A stretch of 64,000 nt of DNA from Camelus dromedarius (Eukaryota): contig NC_087437.1 of the NCBI RefSeq assembly GCF_036321535.1, forward strand, positions 92,134,001 to 92,198,000, read 5' to 3'. The position numbers and the translations under genes were made by a program. Of this stretch, positions 25,335-37,848 are shown one piece after another. The stretch's first letter is position 1, and each line of letters begins with the position of its first letter. The notes beneath the pieces are model-generated. The model was given only the letters and a program-made list of their open reading frames with translations, ran no database searches and had not been told where the DNA came from.

Positions 25335-25492
25335 CAGGGTGCTGACATAAACTTGAATTGCAGATGAATAATAACTACCACTTATTATAAGCATGTCCCA
25401 AATATTGCATAGGACGTGTGTGCAATTCAAAAAATGTTGTTGTTTATCTGAAAGTCATATTCAGCTAGACTCTCAATTTTATCTGACTACCA
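25335..25492. mobile_element. Second MER53 MITE (degenerate)
   Basis: TAAGCATGTCCCAAATATTGCATAGGAC...TTGTTTATCTGAAA. Confidence 0.75.
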
Positions 25493-27553
25493 TCTTTTTC
25501 TCCAAGCCTGTCTAACTTTTGCAAATGATGTTTTTGGATCTTCCCTCACTTGACTCTGGATAGGAAAAAAAAACACATGAGAGATGGGAATAACATGTAT
25601 AATAATATGCATTGTGGGATATCTGCGTTCTCCAAAAAACAACCATATGATCTGTTTTCACTCCTTATTTCCTGGGGAGAGCTTAAGGATCTGGCTAATA
25701 ATAGGGCTATTTCTGTCAATTCTCAATAAAGCCCCTAAGAGGGTAACTGACTCCAACTGTCGGTGTTTTGTTTTGTTTTTTCATGGGTTGTTTTTTTTTT
25801 TTTTTGGATAAAGGGTCCTTCAAGATTTCTGTCCCCAGTATTGTGCTTTAGTTGCTATTACTGGACAACATACACACATATACCGCTGGATACACAATAT
25901 CTCCCCATCCTGAAACATTCATTATTTTAGAAAATATTTCCAACCCCTAATTCAGACAGACAACAGCTAATTCATTTCTTGTATAAAGCTTTTTACAAAC
26001 TCATAATCAATGATATTTCTACTCAGTAAGAAGGCAAGTGAATATTACTGTCTTTCCTTTAACTTTCAGACCATCTCCAAGTCTTGCTAAAACTCCTCCC
26101 TTAACTTTTCACAGAACTGCCAGTAGTCTACATGGCTTTAGCCATAAGCCAGAACTCTTGTTCTGTTCAGCCGAACTCAGCCTGAATCTAAATGTCTATA
26201 AAGTGCTTCCTTTCTAACATCTCAAGCACTGGCTTCTGCTACTCTAATCTATTACACCCTGTAGCACCAGAATAATCTTCTGAAAGTGTCATTTTGATAA
26301 TGTCACTCTTTCACTAAGATGCTGAAGTACATACATCAGGCCAGATTTTGAGGTAAAGGAGCATCACTCTGAACTATGATAAGCTCTGTAAATTGTGTCT
26401 GCTGCACTAAAATGTCTTGTTGGCGTACAATCCAGAAGGATCTTTTGATCAATTATTGGTCACCAAGAGCCATTAGTCAGTCCCAAGGCTTCCAGTGAGA
26501 ATCCATAATCAGCTCCACAAGCACTGTGGGTAACTACTAGAGACATCTTCACGAGGGAAATGCGAGTTACCTTTTCCACAGTGGTTTTAAACAAACACCT
26601 ACACAGTGTGGTCACAATGCAAGCATTTGTTCTTCTGCCACTTTCATAAAGAATAATGGATGATTCTGTCACTAACAATCAAACAGTTGTTCATGTACCT
26701 AAAAGAAACTCTATCATCAGGAACTATTCCGGTGCTGTGTTTTCACTCACTGAGAAGAAGGAAGGAAGCTATTAACCATTTCCAATTTGATGCATATAGT
26801 CAAGATGTTGGGAAACTTATCTGATATATAACATATAGCATTACCTGGGTAAGAAAAATATTTCTTTTAATGTGGCTGCTGCTTGTTATAATTATACATT
26901 ATACTAGACAGTTCATAGATAAAATATGCAGAAAATGGTTCACCTACTGAGAACACTGGTGGACTGAGGAATTCTATGTAAGTGACTTTCCAAGTAATAG
27001 AAGTTGACTGACTGAAGTCCCAATTTGTTTTTGTGTTCAATGTATTAAGTATAGGGGTTGCTCTAAAATACATTAGATACATCCCTGCTTTCTTACATTT
27101 GATTTATACAGATATGGTTCTGTGTTTTTGTATTTTCATGACTCGAGCTGGTAATTACATAACTCAATGATTACATTCTATGGAAATACATAAATCACTG
27201 CAGAGTCTACACAATAGATAAGACAAGACTTGGAGTCCCTTTACTAAAAGTTGACAGACTGGCATGACTTTTTGGTATTTGCAAGAGATTATGTTTCCCC
27301 AGTCTTCTCTTTTTTTTTCAGCTTTTACGCATTTTGCTAACACATCTACTTCATGAATTATTACCATCAATCTTTTTATCTTGCTGTTGTACATGTAAAG
27401 TGAATAAACTCTGATTCTAATTTTTGGCCTGAGGAGATACCTAGTGATTAAGTCTGCCCGACAAATGAATTCATAATACTCTCTGACGGCTTTTTTAGGG
27501 GTTAGTAGAGAGAGTCTACCTTCTCTAGGTTTTTCCTTAAAATTATATGAAGA

Positions 27554-28910
27554 ACTTCTGGTTTCAGCTACAACATGTAAAGTCATCTTGAAAGTCATCA
27601 CTCTTGTCCTTACAACAACAACAAAAGTCACAAACTATAAATCAACTACTTTTCTTGGATCTGCCAAACTGCCAAAGGCCACCCCAAAATCTGAAGTGTC
27701 AGCTGACTACAGAGAATCACTACTGAGATCTGTTTACCTGGAGCAGAAGCTGCTGAAACAGCTTCAATGGTAGGAACACTTACATGCTAATTTTCACAAT
27801 TTGCTGGAGGCACATATTCAGTAGCAATGATCTGAGTTTTGGGTGACCAAGCACCCAAATCTTGGTTTTTGTTACCATTTGGCCATGAAAGGAACAAGGC
27901 TCCTTGAAGAAATGGCTGATTCTATGGCAGATGTAGGAAATAACACAAGCTAAGCCTCGATATCTTATAATGCCAAAAAATCAAAAAGTGCCTGAAACAA
28001 ACAAACAAAAACCCAACCATACACACATACATACAATAACTCCCAATAATGGGAGTATGTCTAAGTAGACCAGGCTCCAACTGAAAGCTCCCAATGGTCA
28101 AAGCTGGAACAATTTGAACAATCAAATAAAGTAGTAATGGATTACAACTTACAGTAATATAAATATCTATGAGTCCACAGTGATATAAATAAATGATTAA
28201 ATAAATGAACAAGTGAGGGAGAAGAGGCAAATCTTCCAATGGGAAGAATTCCAAATAATTTATACAGACAATATGCCCCAAAGAAGGAGCATAACTCCCT
28301 ACATCTTAAGTGTGAGATGCATAGAATTAATTTCTTACCCAAAAGCACAGTATGAAAAGGTGGGGGTGAACTTTTAGTGGCGGAGCCTGGCAAACACTAC
28401 CTCAGCCAGGCGATCAAGGTCAACATCAATGGTCATAAATCATGTTGACAATATTTACCCTTGATAGCAGGTAAGGAGATGGTGCCTTACCTCTCTGATC
28501 TTCCTCCCAATAACCCACAGCCCTAGTCTGATTGTGGGAAAAAGACCAGACAAATTCAAATAGTGGAGCAGCCTGAAAAATACCAGTTGGTACCATCAAT
28601 GTCACAAAAACAATAAAATTCTGAAAAACTGCTCCAGTTAAGAGAAGCCTAAGGAGACATGACTAAACTAAATGTAATATGGTATTTTGGGTGGGATTTT
28701 AAAACATAAAAAGAAAATTGGGTAAAAGCTAAGGAAATCTAAACTGTCAACTTTAATAATAATATATTAATCCTGGTTCATTAATTGTAACAAGTTTACT
28801 AAAGGAAGATATTAATAATAAGGTAAAATGGGTTTTCTGTTTATGAGAACTCTAATTTTCTGTATTTTCCTGTAAATTTAAAACTGTACTAAACAAAGTT
28901 TACCAAAAAG
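27554..28910 (+). mobile_element. Internally deleted L1MC-like element (~260-bp 5' end fused to ~1.1-kb 3' UTR)
   Basis: The 5' part matches the recalled L1MC 5' end (GAGATCTGTTTACCTGGAGCAGAAGC, TGGTAGGAACACTT). From ~27815 it is an L1MC/MD 3' UTR (GGCTCCTTGAAGAAATGGCTGATTCT, CCTGGCAAACACTACCTCAGCCAGG). TSD ATGAAGA at 27547-27553 and 28911-28917. Confidence 0.75.
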
Positions 28911-29024
28911 ATGAAGATTTCTTTTGGCTAAAGGCTTCATAAAGTAGTGAAAAGATTAAATTCACACTGAGAATGAACTATATATGGTTTATCAGAATGT
29001 TAGCTAAAGGAAAAATTCTATGAT

Positions 29025-29116
29025 TGTATATACATATGTATGTATATATGTATATGTTCTATATGTATACATACATATATGTATTTGTATGTGTGTGTAT
29101 ATGTGTGTGTATGTAT
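29025..29116. repeat. Imperfect (TATG/TACA/TG)n microsatellite
   Basis: Read directly. Confidence 0.9.
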
Positions 29117-29645
29117 TCAAGTGAATATTCTAAGGTCTGCTTGGTAGCATGAAGGATTCATCTAACTTAATATACTATTGAAAGCAGTCAATAGATACAT
29201 TGAAAGAGTGCATATAAGATATTTCGGGAACAACTGGAAGGGGCACTTGACTCCATTTGGATGGAGGTTGGGGAGTCAGGATATCAGAGCTCAGAAATGA
29301 CCCCAGTCTGAGTAGAAGTTCATCAGACAGAAGATTATGGAAGCAGGACAGAAAGATAGATCCATACAAAGATGGGGAAGATGTAAAGACTTTTAGTTTG
29401 ATGAAAGAAAACTGAAGGCTTTTCTGTTTGATTACTTCCTTACTATCTTTGAATTAAGAATACAAATCATTGGCTGAGAATCAATCAGGATATCATAGGG
29501 TCAGAAGTTTAAAAAAGTGAAAAATGATTTAATAAGATAGCATTGCTGTCAAGGGATTAGATATGATTATTAGGTAGAAGAAAAGAAGACAATAACTGAG
29601 TTAAGGGATCCAAAAGGATGTGAAATTCTAGAGTAGGAAGGATAA

Positions 29646-31299
29646 TATGATTCTGACACCAATTCCAATGTGTGAGTTCCCCCACCACACACACACACCA
29701 AGAAATTCCCAGACACCAGCTGGCTGCCCTATAATTCAACTCAATTCTGACACTACCCACCTGGAGAGAGTGTGAGATCCCACAGTTTAAGTCCTCAGTA
29801 CCACAAGACCTGCCCCTTCATTCCCACTTCAGACACCACTCTCAAGTCTAGGTTGTCACTTGTGCTGACTGACTAGCTATAGATTGGAGGTTCCCAAAAT
29901 CTCCTCCTTGGGCTTGATTAATTTGCTAGAGTGGTTCACAGAACTGAGAACATGTTTTCTAAATTATCAATATTATAAAAGGATAGAACTCAGGAACAGC
30001 CAGATAGAAAAGATGCATAGGGCATAGTAAGGGGAAAGCTCAAGGAGCTTCTATGTCTTCTTCAAAGGCACCCCTCTCCCAAAATCATGATATGCTCACC
30101 AACCAGGTTCCCTGAACACTGTCCTTTTGGGTTTTTATGGAGGCTTCATTACACTGACATTATTAATTAAATAATTAGCCACTGGTGACTGAACTTAATC
30201 TTCACCTCCTCTCCTCTCTTTGGATGGTGTGCGGGTGGGGGTGGGAATGAAAGGTTCATCTGTCTAATGTCATGATTCATCCAGTGACTTCACTGACAAC
30301 CAGCCCTCATCCTTAGGTGTGATCCCAAAGCCATCTCCCTAACTAACAAGAGACACCTTAATCACTGTCATCACAGAAAATTCCAAGGTTTTAGAAACTC
30401 TGTGCCAGAAATGGGGACAAAGACCAAATATATACACTAGACCCTCTTATCCACTGTTTTGCTTTCTGTGGTTTCGGTTACCTGCAGACAACAGAGGTCT
30501 GAAAAATCTTAAGTGGAAAATTCCAGAAATAAATATTTCTTAAGTTTTAAATTGTGTGCTGTACTGAATAGCTTGAGGAAATCTCAGGCTAGCCTGCTCC
30601 ATTCCACCCAGGACATGAATTGTCCCTGTGTCCAGAATAGCCACTGTTAGTCACTTAGTAGCCTCCTCGGTTATCAGATCAACTGTCCCAGTATTGTGTT
30701 TGTATTCAAGTAAGCATATGTACTTAAAAATGGCAGCAAAATGCAAGCATAGTGATGCTGGCAATTCAGATATGCCAAGAAGAAACCAGAAAATGCCTTC
30801 CTTAAGTGAAAAAGGTGAAAGTCAATGAGAAAAAATCATATGCTGAGGCTTTATACATTCTATAGTAAGAACAAAGTCTTTCAGCTGTGAAACTTTGAAG
30901 AAGGTCAAAGAAATTTGTGCTAGTTTTGCTGCTGCAACTCAAACTGCAAAAGTTGCCACCACAGTGTATCTTAAATGCTTAGTTAAGATGGAGAAGGCAT
31001 TAAATTTGTACCGTAGATATTTTCCAGTGAGCAAGACCACATTCATATAACATTTATTATATCATATTGTCATAATTGTTCTATTTTATTGGTATTGTTG
31101 TTTATCTCTTACTTTGCCTAAATTAAAAATTATAAACTTATAATCTATATTATAGATAATTTATATTATGTATGTATAGGGAAAAAATCATTGTGTATAT
31201 AGGTTTCAGTACTACCAGGATCCAGTGGGAATCCTGAAACAGATCCCCTGTACATAAGAGGGGACTACTATATTTCTTATTATAAATCATAATATCACA
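29646..31299 (-). mobile_element. MER21-like ERVL solo LTR, split by MER44/Tigger7
   Basis: GACACCAGCTGGCTGCCCTATAATTCAACTCAATTCTGACACTA and GATTAATTTGCTAGAGTGG. Ends AATATCACA. 5-bp TSD GATAA at 29641-29645 and 31300-31304. Confidence 0.85.
30435..31270. mobile_element. MER44/Tigger7-derived non-autonomous DNA transposon
   Basis: TIRs CACTAGACCCTCTTATCC / ATAAGAGGGGACTACTA with TA on both flanks. Internal GTGATGCTGGCAATTCAGATATGCCAAGA. Confidence 0.85.
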
Positions 31300-31622
31300 G
31301 ATAAGTTTATCATTTCAGAGGTGGAATAGTTTGAGGAAAATGACACAATCCTAGTTTGTGGGAATAGAAAGATACGGCAGAAATACAGTGGAGGGTTTTT
31401 GTCAAGTGGATGACTACGGTGCTGTGTGGGTCACCCACATGGAGAATGATGTCACCCAGGTGGCGCAGGCATCAAGATAACAGGAAGACAGGCAGTGCAG
31501 CTCTAAACCTGAAAGGGAGGACTAGGAGGTCAGCACATTACACTCAGCAGGAGAGGGAGGGTGCAGAGTTGTAGAGCTGGAGTTAAGACTCCGAAGAATC
31601 TAGGCTTTATATATAAAGATGG

Positions 31623-32089
31623 TGTCAACTGAAAAAAATGCCCAGTGTGAAAGTTGTGAGTGAAGATTTATTGGGGGCAAAATGAGGACTATAGCCCAGG
31701 AGACAGCATCTCAGATAACTCTAAGGAACCAAAGAGGCAGAGGAGAATGTCAGTATTACGTATGATTTTAGTGAAGGAGGGGTACATGCAATTAAGCACA
31801 CATTTAGGCAGAGGCTTGCTGCTAGTCATGAGGAGCAGATGTCACCACTAATGATTTTAGTACCTTTCTAGATATGAGGAGACATAAGAATTTGGGCTCA
31901 AAAATTTTTCTCCTGAAGATATCTAACTATCTGAAGGCCTGTTCTGCCAGTTTTTCCCAGAGCCCAGAGAGCCTCATTCCTCCTCTCCAGCCTGAACTCC
32001 TTTCAGGTTGTGTTGATGGTCAGTGACTGCCTTGGCTAGAAACTTAATCCTTGTAGAGGCAGATGACAAATGCCAAAGTCTAGCTGGCA
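31623..32089 (-). mobile_element. ERV1 solo LTR (MER41-like)
   Basis: Termini TGTCAAC...GCTGGCA. Antisense polyA signal TTTATT at ~31667. GAGGACTATAGCCCAGGAGACAGCATCTCAGATAACTCT. Near 4-bp TSD ATGG/ATAG. Confidence 0.8.
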
Positions 32090-34639
32090 ATAGTAAAAGA
32101 ATAAAAAGGAAGGGAAAATTGGAGGAATACCCAATTCAAAATACGTGGATTTACAAGAATATACATCCCTTATCACTCCAGAGGAAGTGATGGTTCCCAG
32201 GGAAAACTAGGGAGATGGAGAAAATATTTTGGAAACGTAGAGGGGCTACAATGTGGATACTTTTTGTGGGTTTGTGTGGATGTGTGTGTGGTGAGGGGGT
32301 CCAGCTAGCTATCTTTTGTATCTGTTTCACAAAGACATTAATTATGTGTAAAATACTTTAAAAATCATGATGTAATGTATTTTTTAATATTCTAGGTATT
32401 TAATATTCCTGAGAGGTAATAAGGAAACCTGGGGAAACATTATATTTTGTGTTTATCTTCAGCACAACATCAAATATGCTAAAGCCAAATTACGTAAATA
32501 AGCTGCTTCTGCCATGCTTATGGAAGTTGATATGAAGTTGTAATTTGGGTGGGTTTATATTGTGATTAAATGATTTTCAAAACTTTCTTTAAATAAGTTG
32601 GAAATGGCCAGAGGCTATGTTTCTAAGCAAAAATTCCAGCTGTCCAGTTGCATAAAGGATGTCATTGAAAGCAAAGTTGGAGATGCCTCATCAGAAAGGA
32701 TTGCTGCTTCCAGTCTTATCCATCATAGATTCAGTGTGACTTTTAAAGTGATATTAAATTTTTTAGCAGTGGTGAACAAAGATCACCAGATTAAAAAACA
32801 TTAAAAAGATGCCTTTGGGTAATTAGAAATTCAATAAGTAGGTGAATACCTATGGAGTTGCCAAACCCTTTCTATTCTTGTTTTACCATACTTCATAGAC
32901 AAGTTCTCAAGATGTTTTAAGCTATTACCTTAGTTCCTGACTGGGTAAACTGGCATGTCAACTGGATTTAAAAATAAATCTCTCACACTCTCCTCTTTGA
33001 CTTACCTCGCCTTGTTTCTTGAGCATTTTGACTTTTCTGGTGGTTAATAATTCTTCAAAGTTAAACCAGCTTGTCTTCATTGATTCTTTTCCCCATCAGA
33101 TGCTCTCGTGGCTCCCCTGTGCTTTTTGGGTTGTTTCCGTGAACCATTACAGCCTTAAGGTGATCAACTTGAAAGGAAGGGGAAATGAAAATGCTTGAAT
33201 TTTCTACGAAATAAAAATGAATCTGGCTTTTCTACTGTGCTGTGCCTGCCTTTTGTTTTCCACAGGGTTTTATTACTTTCCTGGGTCTTTCATCCTTTTC
33301 CAGGATTCAGTTTTTTTTTATTTTTTCTTCTCCTCCTATATGCTTTATCCATTCCAGGAAGAACTGTACCATGATCTGACTGACATGCGTAGCTTTCCTT
33401 CACTGCAATGCTGAGCCAGGTCAAACATTTATTTTATGTTTGTCTTTTTGCTTTCAATAGCTTGCAGCCAGTGCAGCCTTGTTTGATTTGACAACTGCTT
33501 TCAGAAGTATGTCTAGCAGAGAGCAATTTTGCAAAATCAGCCCAGACCCCAGACTCTTGAGCGCTCCATGTTGTTGAATCCCATTTAGTCACTGAAAGAG
33601 TCACTTTGCAACGAAAGCTTTGCAAGCTGAAGCTGAAAAATCAGGTATATGATATCTGAACATTTTAAAAATCCGTCCAGAAACTGCCATCATTTCCAGA
33701 ACAAAGAAACTCTTCCTTGTTAATGCATAGATATCAGGTTTCCTTCTTTGTCAGTTCTTTTCTTTTCTTTTTTTTATGGCTGTTACTGATGTTAATTTTA
33801 ACTAGATTTTACTCATATTGAATAGGCAGGTTAGGAGGAAGGCTTAGGAAAGAGTCACAGTGTGATTTGCTTCAGTTGCTGCCATTCTTTGAGCTATTTC
33901 TTTCCTGTGAGTTAAGTATTTTTTGTATTTTCTCTATTTCCACGGTTAGTACTTCAGTACGTAACATCATCACCTTTAACATAAATAGACACAACAAATT
34001 CATAGCTAGTTTCTCCAACCCCAATTTCAATTCTCATCATTGCTAGACTATTTTTTAAAAGGCAGAACAATTTAGAAAAATTCATACATAATTTCATTGT
34101 TCAAAAGCTTTTATTTAATTTGTATTTCCCATCCCACTAATTTCAGTACACCTTTACTTTTAAAATCGTGTCTAATCTAATTTCATCTTACCTAACTAAA
34201 GATATTTCAAACACTTAATAGCTTAATATCCTTCTTGCCCTAGACGTATGCCTTCTCATTATACATTCATGAATGTTACTCTATTTACCTGTGAGTGTTT
34301 CTGCCCAACCCTCTGCCTATCTAAATCCTATATATTCCCAAGCCTCCCAGAAAATCTCTATGTAACCCTTCCTACTACTGCAGCTTTTTTTTTAGCTTTA
34401 ACCTCCCTGAATACCTAGTTGTAGTAAGTGAGCCACAAAATTTAGCAAATTTACACTATTCAAGAAAAGAATACACAGATGTAAATGGTTGTTGGATCTA
34501 CAATTGTATTTTATGTTCTTTAATAACATCCTAATGTCTTACATTTTTGTCTCAAGATGTGTCTGTATGCATTCTACAGATCTTGCTGAGGGTGAAAGAT
34601 ACACCAATTATAATACAGTCTACTCATTTAAGACATGTT

Positions 34640-34800
34640 TTCCTGTATATTATTTCAATTACTGTTCACAGAATTCAGCTCAGGCTAGCATTATCAGTTC
34701 CATTTTACAACTTAGACGAAGGAGTTTGAAAGAAGTTGAGTGAATTACCCAAAGCCCAGGGTTAGTACTTAGCCAATAAGTAATTAAATTCCAATTATCT
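34640..34800 (-). mobile_element. MIR SINE
   Basis: CCATTTTACAA...GAAGTTGAGTGAATTACCCAAAG. Confidence 0.55.
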
Positions 34801-35012
34801 TGGAAAGGTAAGATCACTGTATTCACTGGAATGAGAAAATAAACCGTGGCTAGTTTTACTTAGGACTTAATTTTAGGCACACTAGCCATTAATATCAGTT
34901 TCTTAAAAATTTGAATGTATCAAGTCTAGAACACATTATTCCTTTTACTCTTTATCCCCTACCCTAAGGCAAATTCTGAAGCCTTTTTTTTTTTTGTCTT
35001 TGTTTTCTACAG

Positions 35013-35270
35013 TGGCTGACCTAATAAAATGAAATGACAAATGTGAAATATTAAAGAAAGACAGCCTCCCAGGAAGACTTAGACATTTCATGTTTTCCAG
35101 TTGTCTGCTATTTGTGCTGGGATTTTAACCATGGGCGCAGGCAGTGAGAACACACCAAGTAGCAGCATCTCAGCATCAGTGAGCAAAGTAGCGATGAAAG
35201 TTAGAGGGAAACTTGAGGAGCTGTTCCGCTGACACGGAGTTCAACGGGAGCTTGACATTGAACTGAAAAG
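35013..35270 (+). other. Candidate exon of unknown transcript containing a 33-codon smORF
   Basis: Long polypyrimidine tract ending TACAG at 35012, alternative acceptor TTTTCCAG at 35100, Kozak AACCATGG at 35131, donor AAG|GTATGT at 35270/35271, and five CpGs in ~120 bp. Confidence 0.3.
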
Positions 35271-35989
35271 GTATGTGTATCAACTCAGCTGGAGAGAGCT
35301 GTGGAGGAAGAGCTTTTGCTAGCCTACAGCTCCTCTAGGGAAGGACACAGGGATCATCCACTTTTACAGTATAAAGCTACGAAAGCAGGAGATTTCCTGT
35401 ACCCTGTATCTTCTGACAAAAAAATGTACACAGTTGAGTTTCTGAAAGATAACTGTGAATGTTATGGGAATGCTTAAGTTGGGAAGACATGATCTCAACA
35501 GTTCTCAGCTACTCAGACAGTGTCTTACTTATTTGTACTTCATAGTATGCATTTTTAACAACAGTATGCTGCCTTTGTCTACAGCTTCATGGTCTACCAA
35601 GTGTTTTCATATACACTCTCCTCTGTGACATAGGTAGGGGAGGGAGTCTAAGTCATGTTTTTTATGTATTAAAACAGAGTAAGAAGGTGATTAAATGTGT
35701 TTCAGTATCACAAAGATAAACAATTTAACCCATACCTTCTGGTTTCCAAGTCCAATGCTTCTGTCCCCATGCATGGAATATTTCTGATGAAATTCTGCCT
35801 GCCACTAACTCTTGCCTGGGCAATATTCTAGCTTGACTATAATAAAAAGTATTTAAAGATTTCACTTACTGGGAATTCATTTTGATGAGAAATCCCATTG
35901 TATCACTAAATTGAATGTGAAAATATGCCTAGAAACTCAATAATTGTTGATATAAAAACTCTGTATAAAACAGAATTCAAGGTCAGGTG

Positions 35990-36440
35990 AAAAAGATGAA
36001 AATTCTAATTAGTAGACTTATGTAGGTTTAATGTATGAAGGTCAGAAATAGAGAGGAAATGCACCTAACACAGTTCATAAAAATTACTTGCCTTTACAAA
36101 AAAAAAAAAGTTCGTGAATATATTGGGCAAAAGGGAAGAATCAGAGGAAATTACCTTACTTTGACAGATAAGGAGAAACACTGGTGATGGCCAGCAATAA
36201 AACTTTTAATGTTGGAAGAAACCTGTTACCTGGAGCATGGAATGAGAATCAAGCTGAAATGAGAAAATATCTCTTGGAAAAATTGGAAGAATTCAAATCA
36301 GAACATCCTCATGTCATATGTCCTGAGGGTAATTAAGGAAATGTCAGATGTCATTGATGAACCATTTGCCATTATCTTGAGGAAATCATGCAGGACAAGG
36401 GGTCCCTCAGGACTGGAGAAAGGAAAACGTTGTGTCCATT
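35990..36440 (+). mobile_element. CR1/L3 LINE ORF2 fossil
   Basis: The translation LRVIKEMSDVIDEPFAIILRKSCRT, then QDWRKENVV after a frameshift, resembles CR1 ORF2 PRVLKELADVIAEPLSIIFEKSWRTGEVPEDWRKANVVP. The 5' extent is uncertain. Confidence 0.75.
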
Positions 36441-37350
36441 CTTATTGTTCTTTAATGACCTTGTTATATATTGGTCAGGTGAAGATCCATTCTTGAATAA
36501 ATCATTAATCCCAAAGAGTCACAGTCAAACCTTCAGACCTTCCTAGGAAACCATGTAATATGTCTAACTTAAGATAAATGTTTAAAAAATTATTATTTGA
36601 TATCTTGTGCAAAAGCATGGTTTGCAAAAGAAATGTTTTTAAAATTAATTTTGAAAACAACTTGAGAGACACATCTGCAGTAAGTGTTCTGACTTTAAAA
36701 TGACTTGAACTTTAAAACAAAATATATAAAATGCATCAAAAGATTTTATAGGTCGATTAATAAGCAATGTTTATATCATGGAAAACCTTTTAAAATCACT
36801 TTTAAGTAACATGTTTTAGTCACAAATTGCATTAACTAAAATCCAACTGCGAATGAAAGGATAATACATATAAACTAAGAAACATGTCTGAACCTAATTG
36901 CCACAATAATTAAAATAAATTTACAGGAGTTGCTAAACATAACTAAATACATTTACCTAAGGGAAATCAAAATGAAACTTGACCTATGAATCCCTACATT
37001 ACCTAAGTATGTGTGTACAGATATACATACAATGGAAGTAATTTAAATGTGTTATATTTTCATGTGTCTTCACATTAGACACTGTGCAGCAAAATAATAC
37101 AGGTGTGGAAAATACATATCATACAAAATAAATGTTTCTTTAAGTTGGATATAGAAATCAAAAAGAATCCAGAAGACGAAACTAAATTTAGGTAATACTG
37201 ATAGAGTCAGTATCTAATTGACACTTAAAAGAACTACAAGTATAGCTTAACTTTTTAAGTTAAAAAGCAATTTATTTATTGTAATCATTATTTTCATTAT
37301 TAAATTAAATAATATATGTAAAAGCCCTAAAGATTTTATTGAACGCCATA

Positions 37351-37848
37351 CAGGCATACCTTGGAGTTATCACGGGTTTGGTTCCTGACCACCACAAAAA
37401 TGCAAATACTATAATAAATCGAGTCACAAAAATTTTTAGTTTCTCAGTGCACATAAAAGTTATTTTTACACTATACTGTAGTCTATTAAGTGTGCAATTG
37501 CATTATGTCTAAAAAGAATTCTACTTTAATTAAAAATTCCTTTATTGCTGAAAAAATGCTGACTATCATCTGAGACTTCAGTGAATCATAATCTCTTTGC
37601 AATAGTAACATCCAAGATCACTGATCACAGATCACCATAACAAATATAGTAATAATAAAAAAGTTTGAAATACTGTGAGAATTACCAAAATGTGTCACAG
37701 AGACATGAAGTGAGCAAATGCTGTGGGAAAATGGTGCCAATTGACTTACTCAAGGCACAGTTGCCACAAACCTTCAGTTTGTAAAAAAAAAAAACACAGT
37801 ATCTGTAAATCACAATAAAGTGAAGTGCTACAAAATGAGTTAGGCTTG
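37351..37848 (-). mobile_element. Tigger1 internal-deletion derivative (~500 bp)
   Basis: Both Tigger1 termini are present (CAGGCATACCTTGGAG... / ...AAAATGAGTTAGGCTTG) with TA flanks. No transposase ORF. Confidence 0.9.

Larger units (their letters stand above)
29150..32220 (-). mobile_element. Fragmented L2 remnant hosting MER21, MER44 and an ERV1 LTR
   Basis: Purine-rich antisense L2-like pieces at ~29150-29640, 31305-31620 and 32095-32220. Confidence 0.4.

Noticed and set aside
27164..27631. Longest ORF in the track (155 aa, minus strand)
   Set aside because: It starts inside the antisense of an L1 5' end, has no recognisable domain and no splice context, so it is consistent with chance.
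35230..35232. Selenocysteine reading of the in-frame TGA
   Set aside because: No similarity to known selenoprotein motifs and no identifiable SECIS element.
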